Source of the DNA: Spirochaetia bacterium
Lineage (GTDB): Bacteria; Spirochaetota; Leptospiria; Leptospirales; Leptonemataceae
Length of the DNA stretch: 64,000 nucleotides
Assembly (NCBI GenBank): GCA_021413825.1
Contig: JAIOPQ010000004.1
Coordinates: 441 to 64,440, forward strand
Direction: 5' to 3'
Shown here: one piece after another, positions 59,095-64,000 of the stretch
How the letters are laid out: every line of letters begins with the position of its first letter
How positions within the stretch are numbered: the first letter of the stretch is position 1
Notes under the pieces: generated by a model
Databases searched by the model: none
The model's input: the letters and a program-made list of their open reading frames with translations, nothing else
What the model was told of the DNA's origin: nothing
Made by a program: the position numbers and the translations under genes

Positions 59095-59096
59095 TT

Positions 59097-60659
59097 ATGC
59101 TTATTATTGTTTCAATCCTTGGTGCCGTCGCTGTAGCAGCCGGAATCTATTTCACGTTCATGACTGAACGGCGCGACGTGTATCAGCGCGCTCTGAACCT
59201 CGCAGCGCAGGGTCATTTTGTAGACGCGCGCGGCTTGATCCGCGCAAAAATTGAGGCCGATACTGACAACGCGGTGGGTCACTACACTATGGCGCGCGTG
59301 TATGCACTCGAGGGAAAAACGGAGGAAGAGAAAGCCCACCTAATAGAAGTTAGGCGAATCAATCAATACAGCTCCGAAGTCCAACCCGGGCAGGTGTTAA
59401 ATCGCATTGGCGACATTGAATACGAGAATGGCGACTATCGCGCAAGCATGGACGCGTACCTTGCATCCTTGCAGTTTGCGCCCCAGAATGAAGAAGCGTT
59501 GGCCAGAATCGCATTCTTGTGCGCCGGTCGCGGGCGATACGAAATCGCTGAAAAATATTTTCGAACACTCGTGCGTGTCGCGCCCAATACAGTAGAGTAT
59601 CGCATCGGACGTGGTGTCATTCTTTCTTCCATGAAGAACAAGGATGCACTGCGCGAGTTCGAAACAGCTGCAGCTCTAGCACCCAGTGAGCCAACGGCGA
59701 TTTTATTTCTGGCATTCCAGGCATACAAACAACGCGAATACGAAAGGGCCGGAGAAGCCTTAAGCCGATTAGCCGGTCTGGTTCAGGACCCGTTAATCGA
59801 ACATGTGACCAACCGCCTGGCTGTTGTAGTACATTACCTCTTGAAAGAATATACTCAGGCAATCGGATTTGCTCAGAAATGTCTCGCAACTGCTATCGAG
59901 CTCGATCTTAAGAAAGAAGAGCAGGATGCACGAATGACTCTGGCTCTGCTGGGAATTGTCTCCGGAAATTTGGAGAATGCGAACGACCATCTTCTGGAGC
60001 TGGAAATGATGAACCCCGCTGACACTACGGTGCAACGATTGTCAGACTTTCGTATGGATGTGGAAGAAGGCGCAGCAACCCTTGATCGCGTGAGTCCACG
60101 TGGATTTGACTTTAACGCACAGCTTCAAGATTGGTTAAGACATCGTTTTCCAGAAGACATGCTATTTAAGCTCTCTGGCCTTGCAATGGACGATGAGGAT
60201 TTCTCCGTCGACGATTTCTTTACATCGGAGGGTGAAGTTCAGAAGCGAAAATCTGAAACCGCCATTGACCCGGCACTCATGATCGAGCGCTTCAACACGC
60301 TCACCGAATCGCCTTTTCAGAATGCATGTGCCAGAATCATTGGCTTACAAGGCTTTCAGGTAGAGAAGACATTGCCGTATCGCGATCGCGATGGCGGAGA
60401 TTTTATTGCAACGAGCAAGGCCGATAAGAAGATCAAGGCGCTCTTTAGAATCCGGAAATGGAAGAATCAACCAATCTCGGATATTTTCTTGCGCGATATG
60501 CAGAATAACATGAACGAACTAAAAGTGAATCAAGGATTCGTCGTTGCGGGAACCAAGCTCACACCAGGGGCAGAGTCGGCGCTTCAGAATTTGAAAAAGA
60601 TCACAGTCATCCACGAATTAGACCTTGCAGAACTTCTGTTTAAAGTGCTTGGACAATGA
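59097..60659 (+). CDS. membrane-anchored TPR-repeat protein with C-terminal Mrr-like (restriction-endonuclease-fold) domain
   Basis: N-terminal TM helix MLIIVSILGAVAVAAGIYFTF. About 6 TPR-like repeats (AQGHFVDARGLI..., GDYRASMDAYLASLQFAPQNEEA..., etc.). The C-terminal FQNACARIIGLQGFQVEKTLPYRDRDGGDFIATS..KIKALFRIRKWKNQPISDIFLRDMQNNMNELKVNQGFVVAGTKLTPGAESAL follows the Mrr_cat layout. Confidence 0.65.
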   Translation: MLIIVSILGAVAVAAGIYFTFMTERRDVYQRALNLAAQGHFVDARGLIRAKIEADTDNAVGHYTMARVYALEGKTEEEKAHLIEVRRINQYSSEVQPGQVLNRIGDIEYENGDYRASMDAYLASLQFAPQNEEALARIAFLCAGRGRYEIAEKYFRTLVRVAPNTVEYRIGRGVILSSMKNKDALREFETAAALAPSEPTAILFLAFQAYKQREYERAGEALSRLAGLVQDPLIEHVTNRLAVVVHYLLKEYTQAIGFAQKCLATAIELDLKKEEQDARMTLALLGIVSGNLENANDHLLELEMMNPADTTVQRLSDFRMDVEEGAATLDRVSPRGFDFNAQLQDWLRHRFPEDMLFKLSGLAMDDEDFSVDDFFTSEGEVQKRKSETAIDPALMIERFNTLTESPFQNACARIIGLQGFQVEKTLPYRDRDGGDFIATSKADKKIKALFRIRKWKNQPISDIFLRDMQNNMNELKVNQGFVVAGTKLTPGAESALQNLKKITVIHELDLAELLFKVLGQ

Positions 60660-61204
60660 GATTTCTGATTTCTCTAACGATCCTGACTTTTGGATTGCAA
60701 TGTGCATCGTTTTCGCGGGTTCCCAGTTTTCCAAGGTTAGAGTCCGGTCGCGTTATCTTTAACGAGGGCGGAACCAGACCAACAAAAGAAACTACAGATG
60801 CGCTGTTGCACGTTCTACGCGAATTGCTGTTGATGGTGGAACATAGAGACTGGTCAAAGTTACCAGATTACGTTAGCAAGAAAAAGGGGATCTATGTTGA
60901 TCTAAAGGGCTATCGTTCGTTTCAGCAATTGGCAGAGGACGTAAAAGATAGAAACGGATACCTTTATCTGTTTTACCATGACACTGCGGCGTTACGCGCA
61001 GGTACTGGTGACAAAGGACAGATTGCAGTAAGGGACTTAGTCCTGAACGCTGGTACGATTCGAGTGGATTTTTTCATGGAAGAAGGTTCCACCGAATGCG
61101 AGATGAAATTGAGCCTTGAGGAGACTCCCAAAGAAAGCTACAGAATGAACCAACCTGTATTCATTCTAGAGGACGGACAGTGGAAGGTTTACAGGCTATT
61201 TTGA
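60656..61204 (+). CDS. putative lipoprotein
   Basis: ATGA overlap with the upstream gene. MRFLISLTILTFGLQCASF (lipobox FGLQ-C). 182 aa. Confidence 0.6.
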   Translation: MRFLISLTILTFGLQCASFSRVPSFPRLESGRVIFNEGGTRPTKETTDALLHVLRELLLMVEHRDWSKLPDYVSKKKGIYVDLKGYRSFQQLAEDVKDRNGYLYLFYHDTAALRAGTGDKGQIAVRDLVLNAGTIRVDFFMEEGSTECEMKLSLEETPKESYRMNQPVFILEDGQWKVYRLF

Positions 61205-62988
61205 AAACATCCGTGTCCGTTCTACTCACAACCATTGCTCTGCTCTGTTCCGGTTGGCTGGGCTATGCGAAGTTCTCTCATGACTGGCAGCAATTCCAGC
61301 ATTGCCCCAATCGGGATGTCCTTTCCTGGGACGCGAATCTCAGAATGATTCAAACATTGGACGTGCGAAGCGATTTCTTGAATGGCCACGTGCTCAGCGG
61401 ACTCGGTTCCTGGTTTGAATCACCAACCTGGCCCCCACTCCATTCAATTATTGCACAGGTTGTGTTTATCTTCACGGGACCCGGAACCATCCCCGAGGCA
61501 GGGATTGGATTTGCCTTTGCCATACTCTCGATTCTAACTCTATTCGCGGTTGCATTCAGCCTTGCTCGGGCTGAAAATTTTCCGATCTGGACCGGGCCTG
61601 CTCTGGCGTTCTGTTGCACCGTTATGCTGTTTCATTCACCGGAGCTGACGGCCTACTTCCTTTCTGCGATGCTTGAAACACAGGGAATGTTCTTCTTCCT
61701 GCTTACATCGTTCGCCTTTTACAGGCTTCGCTCCAGCGGATTGAAAGCGCGGTGGTGGGTACTTGCCGGAACCCTGGGACTGTTTCTTACAAAATATCCA
61801 TACGGCCATATCTTGATCGTTGCGGGCGCTCCGGTACTGCTTCTGAACGACGCGGCCAGGCTACCCGATCTGATCCGATATTTACGCACCCAATATTCCG
61901 GCAAAGCTCTGATAGTTCCTGGCGTGGTTCTCGGAAGTGTTCTGCTTCTGGCGTTCGCGAAGTTTCTGCCTGGTGGCCTTCTGAATTCCAAAACGTTTAA
62001 GTACGTCTTTTATGCGCTCGTTGTGATCCTGTTCCTGGATTTTAATTGGAAACTATGGCGTTCTGGCGAATCCGTGACCTGGCCTGATTCCTGGCGTGTT
62101 GGTTACCTTTATTGTGCCCTTCCAATTCTCTTTCTCACATTTTTGAATCCCGATCGATTCTCGAGCACGATTGGCACGCAACTACACCAACAAGATTCTT
62201 CGCGCAGCTATTTTCTGAGCATCTTCACCAATTTCACGGATTTGTCCGCACCTCTGCTGGTATGGCTGGCGGTCCTGATTGTTCTTTCAATTGTTTTCAT
62301 TGCGAGAAATCGCAACTCAATTTTGGACGTTATACGACAACCTGTCCATTTGACACTGCTGCTTATAGTAGCTCATATAGCGGTGCTAGAATTCCTGACT
62401 GCAAATAAGCAATTGCGCCACATCTACCATATGCTTCCCGCCCTGATTCTCTTTTGGGGTTTTAGCATGCTCTGTTTGGCGCGCCAATGGCGAATGGGTC
62501 CCGGTCTTCTTACTATGGGATTGCTTCTTGCATCGCTCCCGCTCTTGTTCGGGGAAAAGTCATTTTTAGGTCCGCACTATTACGCCAGTCGCTATGTTTG
62601 TTGGACCGGGACCGAGCGTAGCTTGTTTGAGCCTGTGCGAACCCTGGTATCGCGCGTTGATAAGACGCATTCTTTTGTCCTGATCAATCGGCTCCACGAT
62701 GCGGATGCTCCTGTCCCCGGACTTCAATGGGCCAGCGAATTCGATCTTCTGCTCCGCTTGCAATCGTCAGGCCTGATTCGCAATGATTCGCGCCGCAAGA
62801 AACCCGATTGGTCAAGGTTCGACGGTGCGCTATTGATTCAGGGAAAATGTCCTGATGCCCAGGGAGATGTGCTGGTGCAAAATCGTGCGGAAACGGCGGG
62901 GGAAATCTTGAGGGTTGAGAATGTACATTCCGGTGACGGGCTGTGTATCAAGGATTTCCGGTTTTCAAGAAACGGCGAAAGACAATAA
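61180..62988 (+). CDS. polytopic membrane protein, GT-C-like (ArnT/PMT-type) glycosyltransferase candidate
   Basis: 602 aa with at least 10 hydrophobic helices, followed by a ~130-aa soluble C-terminus. GTG start 61180 (25-nt overlap with the upstream gene) or GTG 61213. No catalytic motif verified. Confidence 0.5.
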   Translation: MEGLQAILKTSVSVLLTTIALLCSGWLGYAKFSHDWQQFQHCPNRDVLSWDANLRMIQTLDVRSDFLNGHVLSGLGSWFESPTWPPLHSIIAQVVFIFTGPGTIPEAGIGFAFAILSILTLFAVAFSLARAENFPIWTGPALAFCCTVMLFHSPELTAYFLSAMLETQGMFFFLLTSFAFYRLRSSGLKARWWVLAGTLGLFLTKYPYGHILIVAGAPVLLLNDAARLPDLIRYLRTQYSGKALIVPGVVLGSVLLLAFAKFLPGGLLNSKTFKYVFYALVVILFLDFNWKLWRSGESVTWPDSWRVGYLYCALPILFLTFLNPDRFSSTIGTQLHQQDSSRSYFLSIFTNFTDLSAPLLVWLAVLIVLSIVFIARNRNSILDVIRQPVHLTLLLIVAHIAVLEFLTANKQLRHIYHMLPALILFWGFSMLCLARQWRMGPGLLTMGLLLASLPLLFGEKSFLGPHYYASRYVCWTGTERSLFEPVRTLVSRVDKTHSFVLINRLHDADAPVPGLQWASEFDLLLRLQSSGLIRNDSRRKKPDWSRFDGALLIQGKCPDAQGDVLVQNRAETAGEILRVENVHSGDGLCIKDFRFSRNGERQ

Positions 62989-64000
62989 TATTTGTTGGAC
63001 CCAGCCACTTGTTAAGATTCTCCCTAATCACATCCGATCTGTTGCGTCCGCGTAGCTGCGCCTCAGACATCTGATTGTACTCATTCATGGCCTTTGCGGA
63101 AAGTCGATCATATGTATCTTTAACTATTTTGATAATTGCTTTGTACTGCGAAATATCATCACGCTCGATTCCGACCCTCGTCAGAACATTGGATCTCCAC
63201 CAATCCAGCAGAAGTTTCTTAATCAGTTCAACAGGGACGAACTTCTCCATTACAGTTCCACGGCCCGATTTGCGATGAATTGTTCCCGTATCAAGCTCTT
63301 GTAAGAAGCGCCGGGTCAAATAGTAGAAAGATTGCGGTCCCAGGTGAAACAAGAACACATCTCTTTGCTTGGCTGGGATGCTCATATTCAAAGTAGTAAT
63401 TTCAATTACAAGATTGAGAAACGTAGTAAGAAAGTCCGCGTAGTCAGATTCAACTTGTTGTAGGACCTGGTTTTGGGGCTCTGCCATCCGCCTTGTATAC
63501 TTGAGAATCCGTTCCGAGCGCATTATGTTCTGATCAGCACCCATGTGCATGTCAATATGGACGACATTTGTCAATTTAAGGCGTTCGGCATCAAGCACAC
63601 GCGGATCGTAGGTAAAATAATAGTAAGGGGTCATGTTCCAGGACTGTGATCCTCCGCTGCTGAGGCGATAGGAATCCACGTTAGGCGGCATATAGGCGGA
63701 CGTTTGATTCCCTGCGGCCGCTGGTGAGCCGCCAACAAAGGTAAAATCGGCTGGCCCTTGAGCTGCATTCAGCATGCTAGTTGTGCTAGTCGAACCGCCC
63801 AGATCAATGTTGAATACTGAAGACAGCTGATACGATGCGTCCCCTCGATACTCTCCGCAGGATGCAATGTCCCGTGTGGTAAGCGGGTCTTTTTGCAATC
63901 GCATGACGGCGCCCATGCGAGCAGTGAACAGTCGAAGAACCTCAGCGTCATTTAAGGCAGGCCCCACGCGAAAGTGGAGAAGTTGCTTTCTGAACTCTGA
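62948..64000 (-). CDS. hypothetical protein, C-terminal part (gene continues beyond the right edge)
   Basis: The frame of ORF 62948..63967 remains open to base 64000 (SEFRKQLLHFRVGPALNDAEV...). No motif recognised. Convergent 41-nt overlap with the preceding gene. Confidence 0.5.
   Translation of the reverse strand, partial: SEFRKQLLHFRVGPALNDAEVLRLFTARMGAVMRLQKDPLTTRDIASCGEYRGDASYQLSSVFNIDLGGSTSTTSMLNAAQGPADFTFVGGSPAAAGNQTSAYMPPNVDSYRLSSGGSQSWNMTPYYYFTYDPRVLDAERLKLTNVVHIDMHMGADQNIMRSERILKYTRRMAEPQNQVLQQVESDYADFLTTFLNLVIEITTLNMSIPAKQRDVFLFHLGPQSFYYLTRRFLQELDTGTIHRKSGRGTVMEKFVPVELIKKLLLDWWRSNVLTRVGIERDDISQYKAIIKIVKDTYDRLSAKAMNEYNQMSEAQLRGRNRSDVIRENLNKWLGPTNIIVFRRFLKTGNP

Overview
Gene-dense chromosomal segment: about 60 CDS, 3 tRNAs and 1 tmRNA, with GC near 50% by eye. 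Most of it is core or housekeeping. Recognisable genes are argG, recQ, rnr, tsaB/tsaE, purN/purH, add, lpxC, nth, rarA and two acyl-CoA dehydrogenases. Envelope genes include two GT4 glycosyltransferases, large GT-C-like membrane proteins, OmpA-family and beta-barrel proteins, and many lipoproteins. Signalling genes include two membrane SpoIIE/PP2C phosphatases with HAMP/TPR modules and one class III cyclase. Lipoboxes ending in N-C and the abundance of SpoIIE/HAMP/cyclase proteins suggest a Leptospirales-type spirochaete; this is inference only. I found no CRISPR array, transposase, integrase, prophage, restriction-modification pair or any named defence system, so I cannot point to a convincing new multi-gene system. 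Items worth a second look: (1) an att-like 16-nt duplication of the ssrA 3' end enclosing a GC-rich, hairpin-rich, ORF-free ~290-bp insert, followed by a decaying stretch with a frameshifted DoxX-like gene; (2) a tri-domain 2Fe-2S ferredoxin / class III cyclase / FNR-like reductase fusion; (3) an orphan DUF2282 (bufferin-precursor-like) Cys-rich lipoprotein beside a CDF metal exporter, with no MNIO maturase nearby; (4) a translationally coupled operon of ACAD, two unknowns, ACAD and a beta-barrel OMP; (5) a HAMP-only membrane protein coupled to an N-terminally extended adenosine deaminase; (6) an operon of a phosphorylase-fold protein, a TM-TPR-Mrr-like protein, a lipoprotein and a GT-C-like protein; (7) a NAD-kinase-fold protein paired with a soluble SPFH protein; (8) a ~1000-aa Calx-beta-like/DUF2341/LamG-like lipoprotein split by a -1 frameshift; (9) an in-frame TGA upstream of a membrane-protein gene. 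All functional calls come from motif and architecture recognition by eye. No database search or folding program was run.
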